Assembly: GCA_036741535.1 (NCBI GenBank)
Contig: DAINSB010000001.1
Location: forward strand, 1,503-65,502
Direction: 5' to 3'
Source: Caproicibacter sp.
Lineage (GTDB): Bacteria; Bacillota; Clostridia; Oscillospirales; Acutalibacteraceae
DNA length: 64,000 bases
Shown here piece after piece: positions 28,987 to 38,778 of the stretch; position 1 is the stretch's first letter, and every line of letters begins with the position of its first letter. Below the pieces are notes generated by a model. It was given only the letters and a program-made list of their open reading frames with translations. It was not told where the DNA came from and made no database searches. A program made the translations under genes and the position numbers.

Positions 28987-30924
28987 ATGGTTGACAACCG
29001 CTATCTGAAGCTTCTGGCGAAGCAATACCCGAACGCGCAGGCGGCCGCATGTGAAATCATCAACCTGAAAGCCATCACCTGCCTGCCGAAGGGAACAGAG
29101 TTCTTTTTCAGCGACCTGCACGGCGAGTACGGCGCCTTTCTGTTTCAGCTGCACAGTGCTTCCGGCGTCGTACGCAAAAAAATAGACGAGCTGTTCGAGC
29201 AGTCCATTTCGGAAAAAGAACGCTCCGCTCTCGCCAGCCTGATCTATTACCCGGAAACAGAGATCGCACAGGCGAAAAAAAAGGCCGAAAATTTCGAGGA
29301 CTGGTGCCGCGTCTCCATCTACCGGCTGGTGGAGCTCTGCCGGGAGGCCGCCTCGAAATACACGCGGTCCAAGGTGAGGAAAAAGCTGCCGCCCGCTTTC
29401 GCCTACATAATCGATGAGCTCCTCCATGCGGACGGCGGAAAAAACAAAGCGCAGTATTCCAACGGGATCATCCGGGCCATCGTCGAAACGGGGATGGGCA
29501 CCCAGTTCATCGTCGCGCTCTGCCGCCTGATCCGCCAGCTGCTCGTCGACCGGCTGCACATCATCGGCGACATCTTCGACCGCGGGCCGCACGCCGACAA
29601 GATTATGGATCTGCTGCGCGGCTACGACGTGGATATTCAGTGGGGGAACCATGACATCGCCTGGATGGGGGCGGCCGCCGGCAACCTCGCCTGCATCGCC
29701 AACGTGCTCCGCATCGGCATCAGCTACAACAATTTCGACCAGCTCGAGGACGGCTACGGCATCAACCTGCGCCCGCTTTCCGTGTTTGCGGAAAAAGCCT
29801 ATCGCGACGACCCCTGCAGTTGTTTTCAGCCGCATCTGCTGGATAAAAACCAGTTCGACGCGGTCGATATTCAACTGACCGCCAAAATGCATAAGGCGAT
29901 CGCCATCATCCAGTTCAAGCTCGAGGGCCAGTTGATCCAGAAGCACCCGGAATATCAGATGGACGACAGGGTCCTGCTGAACAAGGTCGATTACAAAAAC
30001 GGCACCGTTCTGCTGAACGGAAAGTCCTATCCGCTCCGCGACCGGTCGTTTCCCACCGTGAACCCGGACAATCCGCTGGAGCTTACCAAAGAAGAAGAGA
30101 ACCTGATGAAGACCCTCGTCTCTTCTTTCCGGCACAGCGAACGGCTGCAGAAGCACATCGGCTATCTGTATTCCCACGGGGGCATGTATCTGTGCGTCAA
30201 CTCCAACCTGCTGTACCACGGCTGCCTCCCCATGACGGAAGAGGGCACTTTCGTTCAGGTGCCGATCGGCGGAAAAACGCTTTCGGGCAAAAAGTATATG
30301 GAATACCTCGACTCCGTCGCGCGCAGCGCCTATTTTGCGCCGGAAGGCTCCGCCGAACGGGAACAGGCCTGCGACATGATGTGGTATCTGTGGTGCGGGC
30401 GCTATTCGCCTCTGTTCGGGAAGAGCAGGATCTCCACGTTTGAACGGTATTTCATCGAAGACAAGGAGACCCATACGGAAATCATGAATCCGTATTATAC
30501 CTTCATAGAAAGCCGCGAGACCTGCGAGATGATCCTTCGGGAATTCGGGCTCGACCCCTCCTGCTCCCATATCATAAACGGCCACGTGCCGGTCCGGCTG
30601 AAAGAAGGGGAAAAGCCCGTGAAGGGAGGGGGCCTCCTGTTCATGATAGACGGCGGCATCTCAAAATCCTATCAAAAGCAGACCGGCATCGGGGGGTTCA
30701 CGTTCATCGCCAATTCCCGTTACCTCGCCCTGGCGGAGCATAAGCCGCTGAAACCCGGCTGCCTGGTGGAAGAGGGGTCCCCGAAAGTGGAGATCGTCGA
30801 GTCCATCACCGAACGGATCACGGTCGGCGACACCGACACGGGAAACGAACTGAAGCGGCGCATCCGGGAGCTGACCGCCTTGCTGGAATCCTACCGGAGC
30901 GGGGTTCTGCAGGAAACCACCTGA
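28987..30924 (+). CDS. fbp: fructose-1,6-bisphosphatase class 3
   Basis: 645-aa ORF. MVDNRYLKLLAKQYPN..., SDLHGEY and GDIFDRGP metallophosphatase motifs typical of Firmicutes FBPase III. Confidence 0.92.
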   Translation: MVDNRYLKLLAKQYPNAQAAACEIINLKAITCLPKGTEFFFSDLHGEYGAFLFQLHSASGVVRKKIDELFEQSISEKERSALASLIYYPETEIAQAKKKAENFEDWCRVSIYRLVELCREAASKYTRSKVRKKLPPAFAYIIDELLHADGGKNKAQYSNGIIRAIVETGMGTQFIVALCRLIRQLLVDRLHIIGDIFDRGPHADKIMDLLRGYDVDIQWGNHDIAWMGAAAGNLACIANVLRIGISYNNFDQLEDGYGINLRPLSVFAEKAYRDDPCSCFQPHLLDKNQFDAVDIQLTAKMHKAIAIIQFKLEGQLIQKHPEYQMDDRVLLNKVDYKNGTVLLNGKSYPLRDRSFPTVNPDNPLELTKEEENLMKTLVSSFRHSERLQKHIGYLYSHGGMYLCVNSNLLYHGCLPMTEEGTFVQVPIGGKTLSGKKYMEYLDSVARSAYFAPEGSAEREQACDMMWYLWCGRYSPLFGKSRISTFERYFIEDKETHTEIMNPYYTFIESRETCEMILREFGLDPSCSHIINGHVPVRLKEGEKPVKGGGLLFMIDGGISKSYQKQTGIGGFTFIANSRYLALAEHKPLKPGCLVEEGSPKVEIVESITERITVGDTDTGNELKRRIRELTALLESYRSGVLQETT

Positions 30925-30984
30925 CGTTCTCGCGATTTTCCGGGCGGTCCTGTCGCGGAGCGTCCGGCTCCCTATGCCAAAAAC

Positions 30985-31017
30985 GGGCAGGCGGATTTTT
31001 CCGCCTGCCCGTTTTAT
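30985..31017. terminator. bidirectional terminator between fbp and phoR
   Basis: AAAAC-GGGCAGGCGG-attttt-CCGCCTGCCC-GTTTTAT. Confidence 0.85.
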
Positions 31018-31055
31018 AAGAAAGACCGGCCGTCCGGATGAACGGCCGAAACGAA

Positions 31056-32783
31056 TCAGGGAGGAGACACGAGCGGCAGCCGGACCGTAAAGGTGCTGCC
31101 CTGCCCTACCTCGCTGTCGACCTCGACATCCCCGCCGTACAGGGCGACGAGATGCTTGACGATGGAAAGCCCGAGGCCCGTGCCGCCCACCGCTCTCGAG
31201 CGGCTCGCATCCACCCGGTAAAAACGCTCGAAAAGCCTCCCGAAATGCTCTTTCGCGATGCCGATGCCCGTATCCTGCACACGGACGACGGCCATTTTTT
31301 TCTGCCGGAGCGACGTGACGGTCACTCTGCCGTTCGGGACATTGTATTTGACCGCATTTTCGATCAGGTTGCCCAAAAGCTGTTCCAGCCGCGTCGGCGA
31401 GCAGGAAACATAAATATCCTCGTCCAGGTTCAGGGAGATGGAGACCTGATTTTTTTTGGCGACAGCGCTCATCCGGCCGACGCAGTTCCGCACCGCGTCC
31501 GCGACGCTGCACGGCTGAGCCGCCGGATCGTCCTTCGCGTTCTCAATCCTCGAGAGCACCAGCATGTCGTCGATCAGGTGTTGCAGCCTTTCCGCCTCGA
31601 TGTCGAGGACATCGTAAAAATACCGGCGGGTCTTTTCGTCCCGGTCGGCGCTCTTCAAAAGCTCGATGCTGCCGCGGATGGAAGTCAGCGGCGTCTTCAG
31701 TTCATGCGTGACGTTCGCGACGAATTCGCTGCGCATCTCTTCGAGGTTGCGCATACGGGTGACATCGGTGATCACGGCGAGAGAGGCGGCCGTCTTCTGC
31801 CCGGAAATGGGCGCGGTATACACGCTGTACTGCCTTTCGCCCTCCGCGATGACGGTGCGGGTGGGCGTGCTGCCGTTTTGGGCGGCGGCCCGCATCAGCT
31901 CGGCGATCTGGTTGACAAGAAGACTCCCCGAGAGGGGGACCCCCACCTTGAGATCCATCTTCTGGAGAAGATTGCGCGCACTCTGGTTGAGGAACAGGAT
32001 AAGGTTGTCTCCCCCCGCAGCCAGGACCCCGTCATCCATGCCCTGCAGAACCCCGTTCAGGCGGTTCTGCTGTTCCGTAAGCTGGAACACGGCATTCTCC
32101 GTGTTCTGCGCCATACTGTTGAACGAATCCGCGAGAACGCCCACCTCGTCGCGGAACGTGCCCGTCACACGGCAGGAGTAATCCCCCTGGGAGATGCGCC
32201 TCGCCGCGGCCGTCAGCTTGCCGAGCGGGCCCGTCATCCGGCGGACCAGCCAGGCGGTGAGGCCGCACGCGATCAGGATCCCGAGCAGCATGCTACAGGC
32301 CGCGATGAGCCAAAGCCGGCTGACGGCGGCGTCCAGCTCATAGGTCGGAAGGGCCGCACGGATAAAATATTTTCCCGGGAGATACTCGGCTTTATAATAA
32401 TAGCGCCGGCCTGTGCTGGCGCTGATACGCATATCGGTTCCGCTGCCGGTTTTCAGCGCCTGCTGAATCTCCGGGCGATTCAGGTGGTTCTGGCTGATTT
32501 CGTCTTTCTCGCTGTCGCCCGTCACTTTGCCGGAAAGGTCGATGATGCTGATGCGCATCTCTTCGCCGGAAGCGGAAAGCCGCGCGCCCACTGTGTCCGC
32601 CGCGGCATGGGGGTCCTCCCGGATTTCCCGGTCCTCCGTGGAAAGAATGGCAAGGGCCGTGTCCAGTCTGCCCTCAAATTCCTGCCGGTACTGATGCTGA
32701 ATCTGAAGGGCGGCACAAAAAAAAGCCGCCAAAAAACCGATGATCACGATGGTGGCATTCAACAGGGTCAATCTCTTTTTCAA
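31056..32783 (-). CDS. phoR: sensor histidine kinase (PhoR-like: TM-ectodomain-TM, HAMP, PAS, HisKA, HATPase)
   Basis: 575-aa ORF with H-box FVANVTHELKTPLTSI and G-boxes DTGIGI and GTGLGLSIV. Confidence 0.85.
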   Translation of the reverse strand: MKKRLTLLNATIVIIGFLAAFFCAALQIQHQYRQEFEGRLDTALAILSTEDREIREDPHAAADTVGARLSASGEEMRISIIDLSGKVTGDSEKDEISQNHLNRPEIQQALKTGSGTDMRISASTGRRYYYKAEYLPGKYFIRAALPTYELDAAVSRLWLIAACSMLLGILIACGLTAWLVRRMTGPLGKLTAAARRISQGDYSCRVTGTFRDEVGVLADSFNSMAQNTENAVFQLTEQQNRLNGVLQGMDDGVLAAGGDNLILFLNQSARNLLQKMDLKVGVPLSGSLLVNQIAELMRAAAQNGSTPTRTVIAEGERQYSVYTAPISGQKTAASLAVITDVTRMRNLEEMRSEFVANVTHELKTPLTSIRGSIELLKSADRDEKTRRYFYDVLDIEAERLQHLIDDMLVLSRIENAKDDPAAQPCSVADAVRNCVGRMSAVAKKNQVSISLNLDEDIYVSCSPTRLEQLLGNLIENAVKYNVPNGRVTVTSLRQKKMAVVRVQDTGIGIAKEHFGRLFERFYRVDASRSRAVGGTGLGLSIVKHLVALYGGDVEVDSEVGQGSTFTVRLPLVSPP

Positions 32784-32810
32784 AATCCAGCCACCCCCCG
32801 CAGAAACACG

Positions 32811-33500
32811 TCACTCTACAAATTTATAGCCGACGCCCCGCACCGTCTGAATCAGCTTGGGGTTGTCGGGATCGGTTTCGATTTTCTGGCGCAGATAGCG
32901 CACGTGGACATCCACCGTTCTGGTGTCCCCGTAATACTCCACGCCCCAGACTTTGTCGAGGAGCGTGTCCCGGGTCAGGACCCTGCCCCGGTTGCGCATC
33001 AGCATCACAAGCAGGTCGAACTCTTTCGCAGTCAGTTCGACGGACTGGGAATTCTTGGTGACAAGATGTCTCGTGACATCCACGGTCAGCGTTCCGTGGC
33101 GCAGCGGCGCCTCTTCCAGCACTTCGCGGCGCTCCGTGCGGCGCAGGACGGCTTTGACGCGCGCGCACAGCTCTTTTACGCTGAACGGTTTGACGATGTA
33201 GTCGTCGGCGCCCAGTTCCAGCCCGAGCACCCGGTCCAGCTCTTCCCCGCGGGCGGTGAGCATCAGCACGGGGATGTTGTGCGTCTCGCGGTTTTCACGC
33301 AGCATGCGGCAGACGGTCAGCCCGTCGGGCTGCGGCATCATCCAGTCCAGGATCACGGCGTCCGGCCGGCGCACCTGCACCGCGCTCAAAAGGGAAGCTC
33401 CATCCGCAAATTCCTCCGTTTCGTACCCGCTGTCCTTCAGCCCGATTGCGACGATTCTGCGGATGCTCTCCTCATCGTCGGCAATATAAACAAGTGCCAT
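32811..33500 (-). CDS. phoP: OmpR/PhoB-family response regulator
   Basis: 229-aa ORF with a receiver domain (DAVILDWMMP) and a winged-helix C-terminus (RGVGYKF). Confidence 0.88.
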   Translation of the reverse strand: MALVYIADDEESIRRIVAIGLKDSGYETEEFADGASLLSAVQVRRPDAVILDWMMPQPDGLTVCRMLRENRETHNIPVLMLTARGEELDRVLGLELGADDYIVKPFSVKELCARVKAVLRRTERREVLEEAPLRHGTLTVDVTRHLVTKNSQSVELTAKEFDLLVMLMRNRGRVLTRDTLLDKVWGVEYYGDTRTVDVHVRYLRQKIETDPDNPKLIQTVRGVGYKFVE

Positions 33501-33519
33501 TCACGGTCTCCCATTCCAT

Positions 33520-34179
33520 TTACTGCGTATTCAGATCCGGATGCTGCCCGGTCTCCATATAGATCACCCATTCGGCGATATTCGTCGCGTGGTCGCCCAG
33601 CCGTTCCACATATTTCGTGATGAACAGCAGGTCGATTTCGGACATCACGCTGGCCGGATTCTCAGAGATATAGTTGCAGACCTCAAGAATAATCTTGGAA
33701 AACATCGCATCGACTTCGTCGTCGCTGTCGCAGATTTTCCGTGCCTCTTCCACGTCCCGGCTGATAAGGACGTTCATGGCCCCGCGGAACATGGCGCGGG
33801 CGGACTCCAGCATCCGGACCACGTGGGTGACGGCCAGGCTGTTGCCCTTGAGCTCGCCGGTGCTCAGGATCTCGCAGATGTCGGCGCACTGGTCGGCCTC
33901 GCGTTCCACGTCGGTCAGGATCTTGAGAAAAGCCGCGATGGTGCGCAAATCTTTGGCAATGGGCTGCTGCAGCGTAATGAGGTCGATACAGTCCTTTTCG
34001 GTGTTGCGGACCATACGGTCGATGTCGTTGTCCCCTTTTGCGACTTCATCAGCCACGGAAAGGTCCATGGTGCGCAGGGCGTAAATCGTCCGCTGCACTC
34101 TGGAATCGACCTCGCTTCCCATTTCAGCCATGCGCTGGTTCAGGTTCGCCAGCTCTCGGTCAAAAATCTTTCTAGGCAT
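33520..34179 (-). CDS. phoU: phosphate signalling complex protein PhoU
   Basis: Start MPRKIFDRELANL. Two PhoU repeats with E/DxxxD motifs. Confidence 0.88.
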   Translation of the reverse strand: MPRKIFDRELANLNQRMAEMGSEVDSRVQRTIYALRTMDLSVADEVAKGDNDIDRMVRNTEKDCIDLITLQQPIAKDLRTIAAFLKILTDVEREADQCADICEILSTGELKGNSLAVTHVVRMLESARAMFRGAMNVLISRDVEEARKICDSDDEVDAMFSKIILEVCNYISENPASVMSEIDLLFITKYVERLGDHATNIAEWVIYMETGQHPDLNTQ

Positions 34180-34232
34180 CTCGTGTTTTCCTCTCCTTAT
34201 TATACTGGAAAAATCCAGCCAAAGCAATGGGT

Positions 34233-35063
34233 TCAGCCGAAGCGGCCCGTAATATAACGCTCCGTCCTCTCGTCGTGCGGCTGATTGAACATCTCGATCG
34301 TCTCGCTGTACTCGACCAGCTCGCCCAGAAGGAAAAACGCGGTTTTATCCGCGATGCGGGCCGCCTGCTGCATATTGTGCGTCACGATGACGACCGTGTA
34401 TTTTTTTCTCAGGTCGTCCATCAGGTCCTCGATCTTCGAGGTGGAAATCGGGTCCAGAGCACTGGTCGGCTCATCCATCAGGATGATCTCCGGCTCCACC
34501 GCCAGGGCCCTCGCGATGCAGAGGCGCTGCTGCTGCCCGCCGGACAGACCGAGCGCCGATTTTTTCAGCCTGTCTTTCACCTCGTCCCACAGCGCCGCGT
34601 TGACCAGGGAGGATTCGACGATCTCGTCGAGCTGCTTTCTGTCTTTGACCCCGTGGATCCTGGGGCCGAAGGCCACGTTGTCATAAAGGGACATGGGAAA
34701 CGGATTCGGGCTCTGGAACACCATGCCGACGCGCTTGCGCAACAGGGTGACATCGGTTTCCGGCTTGTAAATATCCTCACCGCCGATCGTGACCTTTCCC
34801 TGGATGCGGCAGTTCGGAATGAGGTCGTTCATCCGGTTGATCGTCTTGAGGCATGTGGATTTTCCGCATCCGGAGGGGCCGATAAAAGCCGTCACTTTAT
34901 TTTTGGGAATCGCCATGTTGATGTTTCTCAGCGCCTGAAAATCCCCGTAAAACAGATTTAAGCCGGCAAACTCAATTTTCGTTTCGGCCTGGGCGCTGCC
35001 CTCCCGTACCAGTTCCATTTGCGACGGCTGCAAGGCTGCAGTCCTGATCCCAGCTATTTCCAT
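34233..35063 (-). CDS. pstB: phosphate ABC transporter ATP-binding protein PstB
   Basis: [50 protein letters not shown]. The start may be the internal MELVREG at 35018. Confidence 0.9.
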   Translation of the reverse strand: MEIAGIRTAALQPSQMELVREGSAQAETKIEFAGLNLFYGDFQALRNINMAIPKNKVTAFIGPSGCGKSTCLKTINRMNDLIPNCRIQGKVTIGGEDIYKPETDVTLLRKRVGMVFQSPNPFPMSLYDNVAFGPRIHGVKDRKQLDEIVESSLVNAALWDEVKDRLKKSALGLSGGQQQRLCIARALAVEPEIILMDEPTSALDPISTSKIEDLMDDLRKKYTVVIVTHNMQQAARIADKTAFFLLGELVEYSETIEMFNQPHDERTERYITGRFG

Positions 35064-35157
35064 TGTGTGAAAATTTCCTTTCGCATCTCCGACGTTGGAG
35101 CATTTTGACCCGAATCTTCAATTTCCATTCTTGCACATTCTCAATATAAGCTGTGGA

Positions 35158-35196
35158 TGTTAAATCTATGTTAAATCAATATTAGAAGGATTTTAA
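35158..35196 (-). promoter_or_regulatory. Pho-box-like array: four TTAACA-like hexamers phased at 11 bp
   Basis: Minus strand TTAAAA-5-CTAATA-5-TTAACA-5-TTAACA, about 95 nt upstream of the pstB ATG. Confidence 0.6.
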
Positions 35197-35205
35197 TTAA
35201 GGTCG

Positions 35206-35233
35206 AAAAAAGCGCTCCCCCGCAGGGAAGCGC
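35206..35233 (-). terminator. rho-independent terminator after accA
   Basis: Minus strand GCGCTTCCC-tgcg-GGGGAGCGC followed by TTTTTT. Confidence 0.8.
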
Positions 35234-35245
35234 CGACGGCCGGCC

Positions 35246-36022
35246 TCAGCCGGGCACGCCGAATTTGCGGAATCTGTCGTAACGCCTCCGCAGAAGCTCC
35301 TCCGTGCCGAAGGCCTGAAGGTCCACGAGCTTATGATAAATCCCGGTCTTCAGGTTCTCATACAGGTTTTCGAAATCCGCCGGCTCGGGGACGACGCGCT
35401 CGACGATTTTCAACTGGAGCAGGTCCTTCGCCGTCATTTTCAAGCACTGGGCGGCCCGGCTGACCTGCGAGGAGTCCTTCCACAGGATGCTGGCGCAGCC
35501 CTCCGGCGAAATCACCGAGTAGCAGGCGTTTTCCAGCATCCAGACCTCGTCCGCGACGGCCAGCGCGAGCGCCCCGCCGCTGCCCCCCTCTCCGATAAAG
35601 ATGGAAAGGATGGGCGTTTTGAGCGCGGACATCTCCATCAGGTTCTCGGCGATGGCCTGCCCTTCTCCCCGCTCTTCCGCCGAGACGCCGCAGAACGCGC
35701 CGGCGGTGTCGACGAAGCAGACGACCGGGCGCCCGAATTTTTCGGCCAGCTTCATCTGCCGAAGCGCCTTCCGGTAGCCCTCCGGATGCGGAGAGCCGAA
35801 ATTCCGCCGCACGCGCTCCTTGGTGCCGCTCCCCTTTTCCTGCGCCACCACGGTGACGGGCATGCCGCAGAGGCGCGCGATCCCGGTCACGATCGCCTGG
35901 TCGTCGCCGAAGCGGCGATCCCCGTGCATCTCGACAAAATCGGTGAAGATACCGCGGATGTAGCAGAGGCCGGTCGGCCTGTCTTTGGCGCGGGCCGCGG
36001 CGAGATGTTCAAACGCTTCCAA
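35246..36022 (-). CDS. accA: acetyl-CoA carboxylase carboxyltransferase subunit alpha
   Basis: 258-aa ORF with FIGEGGSGGALA. Confidence 0.9.
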   Translation of the reverse strand: MEAFEHLAAARAKDRPTGLCYIRGIFTDFVEMHGDRRFGDDQAIVTGIARLCGMPVTVVAQEKGSGTKERVRRNFGSPHPEGYRKALRQMKLAEKFGRPVVCFVDTAGAFCGVSAEERGEGQAIAENLMEMSALKTPILSIFIGEGGSGGALALAVADEVWMLENACYSVISPEGCASILWKDSSQVSRAAQCLKMTAKDLLQLKIVERVVPEPADFENLYENLKTGIYHKLVDLQAFGTEELLRRRYDRFRKFGVPG

Positions 36023-36025
36023 ATC

Positions 36026-36892
36026 TCAGGCCTCCTTCCGATGCAGAGAGAGAAGATTGGCGAGGTACGCTTTCTGCCTGCCCCGCGGGACCACGTCGTC
36101 GAGGAATCCCTTTTCCAGCAGGAACTCCGCGCGCTGAAAGCCCGGCGGCAGCTTCTGTCTCATGGTCTGTTCGATCACGCGGGGGCCGGCGAAACCGATC
36201 AGCGCGCCCGGCTCCGCCAGGATGATGTCGGCCTCCATGGCAAAGCTCGCGGTCACGCCTCCCGTCGTGGGGTCGGTCAGCACTGCGACGTACAGGTTGC
36301 CCGCGTCGCTGTGGCGCTTGACGGCGGCGCTGGTTTTGGCCATCTGCATCAGCGAAAGCGTCCCCTCCTGCATCCTCGCCCCGCCGGAGAGCGTAAAGCC
36401 GACGACCGGGAGCGAATGCTCCGTCGCGTACTCGAACAGCCTCGTGATCTTTTCCCCGACGACGGTGCCCATGCTGCCCATCATGAAATCCGCCTCCATC
36501 ACAAAAAGCGCGCAGGGGAACCCCTCCACGCAGGCCGTCCCGCAGACGACGGCCTCGTTTTCCCCGCTCTTGAGGCGGGCATGCCACAGTTTTTTGTCAT
36601 AGTTCGGAAAGTCGATCAGATTGGTGGAGCGGAGCTCTCCGTCGTGCTCCGTAAAAGAATCCGCGTCCGTCAGCAGGCCGATGCGCTGCCTCGAGTTCAG
36701 GCGGAAATGGTGGCCGCATTTGGGGCACACGCCCGCGTTTTCGTTCAGGTCGCCCGTGAGGATGATCGCCCTGCACTTCGGGCAGGAGATGCACATCTCG
36801 TCCGGAACGTCGGGGATGGAATCCTTCGTGCGGCTGTCGTACCATTCCAGCGGATTGTTCGGTTTTTTAAACAGGTTTTTGGTCAGTTTCAT
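36026..36892 (-). CDS. accD: acetyl-CoA carboxylase carboxyltransferase subunit beta
   Basis: 288-aa ORF with N-terminal zinc ribbon CPKC...CPKCGHH. Confidence 0.9.
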   Translation of the reverse strand: MKLTKNLFKKPNNPLEWYDSRTKDSIPDVPDEMCISCPKCRAIILTGDLNENAGVCPKCGHHFRLNSRQRIGLLTDADSFTEHDGELRSTNLIDFPNYDKKLWHARLKSGENEAVVCGTACVEGFPCALFVMEADFMMGSMGTVVGEKITRLFEYATEHSLPVVGFTLSGGARMQEGTLSLMQMAKTSAAVKRHSDAGNLYVAVLTDPTTGGVTASFAMEADIILAEPGALIGFAGPRVIEQTMRQKLPPGFQRAEFLLEKGFLDDVVPRGRQKAYLANLLSLHRKEA

Positions 36893-38237
36893 GAGCGGTG
36901 TTCCCCTCGAATCTCTCCATGAAGTCGGTATGATACCCGCCGGAGCGGAACTCCGGGTCGTTCAGGATGCGGCGGTGCATATCGGCGTTGTGATCCACGC
37001 CGCCGATGACAAGCTCGCACAGCGCCGCCTGCATCTTGCGGACGGCCTCTTCCCTGGTCTGCGCATGGACGATCAGCTTGCCGATCAGGGAATCGTAAAA
37101 CGGCGGAACCGTATAATCCGGAAACAGCGCGGTGTCGAACCGGACCCACGGGCCGCCGGGGATGTGCAGCAGGGTGATCTTCCCGCTGCTCGGGCGGAAG
37201 TTCCGGTTCGGGTCCTCCGCATTGATGCGGCACTCGATGGCGCAGCCCGCCGGCGCGACATCCTTCTGGCTGAAATTCAGCGGAAGGCCCGCCGCGATGC
37301 GGATCTGCCATTTGACCAGATCGATCCCCGTGACCATTTCCGTCACGGCATGTTCCACCTGCAGGCGGGTGTTCATCTCCATAAAATAGAAATTCTTCCG
37401 GTCATCCAGCAGAAATTCCACCGTTCCGGCGTTCACGTAGCCGACGGCCTTCGCGGCGCGAACGGCGCACTCCTCCATCCGGGTGCGGGTCTTCGGGTCG
37501 AGGTGCGGGGCGGGGCTCTCTTCCAGAAGTTTCTGGTGCTTCCGCTGGATGGAACAGTCGCGCTCCCCCAGTGTCACGATGTTCCCGGCCGAGTCGCACA
37601 GAAGCTGGACTTCGACATGCTTGGCCGGGTCCAGGTATTTTTCCAGATAGACGGCGCCGTCGCCGAATGCCATGCGCGCCTCCGCCGAGGCGATGGAAAA
37701 GGTCTTCTCCAGCTCTTTTTCGGAGCGGACCAGACGGATGCCGTTCCCCCCGCCGCCGCTGCGGGCCTTGATCAGCAGGGGATAGCCGATCTTTTCCGCG
37801 GCCCGCTTGGCTTCTTCCGTATTCACGACCATGCCGCTCCCCGGCACGACCGGCAGGCCGGCTTCCTGCATGGCGCGGCGGGCCATATCCTTGTCGCCCA
37901 TCTTCGCGATCACGCCGGAGGGCGGGCCGATGAAGGTGATCTTGCACTGTTCGCAGAGCGCGGCGAATTTTGCGTTTTCAGAAAGCAGGCCGTACCCCGG
38001 GTGGATGGCGCCCGCCCCCGTCGCGACCGCGGCGGACATGATCGACCCCATGTTCAGGTAGCTGTCCCGGACCGAAGCGGGTCCGATGCAGATGCTCTCG
38101 TCCGCGAGGCTGACATGAAGCGCGTCGCGGTCCGCTTCGGAAAAGACCGCGACCGTGGAAATCCCCATCTCTTTGCAGGCCCGAATGATGCGGACGGCGA
38201 TCTCGCCGCGGTTCGCAATCAGGATCTTGGAAAACAA
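36867..38237 (-). CDS. accC: acetyl-CoA carboxylase biotin carboxylase subunit
   Basis: TTG start after GAAGGAG gives (M)FSKILIANRGEIAVRIIRACKEMG. ATP-grasp fold. The track ORF extends further 5' into fabZ. Confidence 0.9.
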   Translation of the reverse strand: MFSKILIANRGEIAVRIIRACKEMGISTVAVFSEADRDALHVSLADESICIGPASVRDSYLNMGSIMSAAVATGAGAIHPGYGLLSENAKFAALCEQCKITFIGPPSGVIAKMGDKDMARRAMQEAGLPVVPGSGMVVNTEEAKRAAEKIGYPLLIKARSGGGGNGIRLVRSEKELEKTFSIASAEARMAFGDGAVYLEKYLDPAKHVEVQLLCDSAGNIVTLGERDCSIQRKHQKLLEESPAPHLDPKTRTRMEECAVRAAKAVGYVNAGTVEFLLDDRKNFYFMEMNTRLQVEHAVTEMVTGIDLVKWQIRIAAGLPLNFSQKDVAPAGCAIECRINAEDPNRNFRPSSGKITLLHIPGGPWVRFDTALFPDYTVPPFYDSLIGKLIVHAQTREEAVRKMQAALCELVIGGVDHNADMHRRILNDPEFRSGGYHTDFMERFEGNTAHETDQKPV

Positions 38238-38242
38238 GGCCG

Positions 38243-38668
38243 TCACTCCTTCTGTGGGGGAACCAGCGCGAAAGAAAGCTCCGCGCTGACGGCCAGTTCG
38301 CCGCCTACGCTGCCCCTTCCCTTTGCAAAATAAAACGGCGGCCTGCTTTTTATAAGGCTGCATTCGATCTCAAGCGTCTCGCCCGGCTTGACCTGACGCT
38401 TGAAGCGCACGCGGTCCAGGCCGGCGAACAGGGGAATTTTTCCCCTGACCTGATCCGCCAGAAGCACGCAGCACGTCTGAGCGAGCATTTCGCACTGGAT
38501 GACGCCGGGAACGATGGGCATCCCGGGAAAATGCCCCTGCAGGAACCACTCGTCGCCTTTGATGAAGCACCGGCCGGCCGCGAGGTTCTCCCCGCGCAGC
38601 TCCGCCTCGTCGATCAGCAGCATCGGCTCCCTGTGGGGCAGTATTTTTTTCAGTTCGTCTCTGTTCAT
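38243..38668 (-). CDS. fabZ: 3-hydroxyacyl-ACP dehydratase
   Basis: 141-aa hot-dog fold with LPHREPMLLID and HFPGMPIVPGV. Confidence 0.9.
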   Translation of the reverse strand: MNRDELKKILPHREPMLLIDEAELRGENLAAGRCFIKGDEWFLQGHFPGMPIVPGVIQCEMLAQTCCVLLADQVRGKIPLFAGLDRVRFKRQVKPGETLEIECSLIKSRPPFYFAKGRGSVGGELAVSAELSFALVPPQKE

Positions 38669-38680
38669 TCTGTCGCTCCT

Positions 38681-38778
38681 TTAGAGGTTAGATGTTGGAT
38701 ATTGGATGTTAGAGGCCAGAAAAGGCAGGACCTTGGGGGTTCTCTTGATCTTCCAACCTCCGGCCTCTAACCTCTAAG
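38681..38778 (-). repeat. ~100-nt palindromic intergenic element, copy 1 (between accB and fabZ)
   Basis: In gene orientation it reads TAGAGGTTAGAGGCCGGAGGTTGGAAGATCAAGAGAACCCCCAAGGTCCTGCCTTTTCTGGCCTCTAACATCCAATATCCAACATCTAACCTCTAA. The first 3 nt are the accB stop codon. About 75 percent identical to 49079-49176. Confidence 0.75.
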
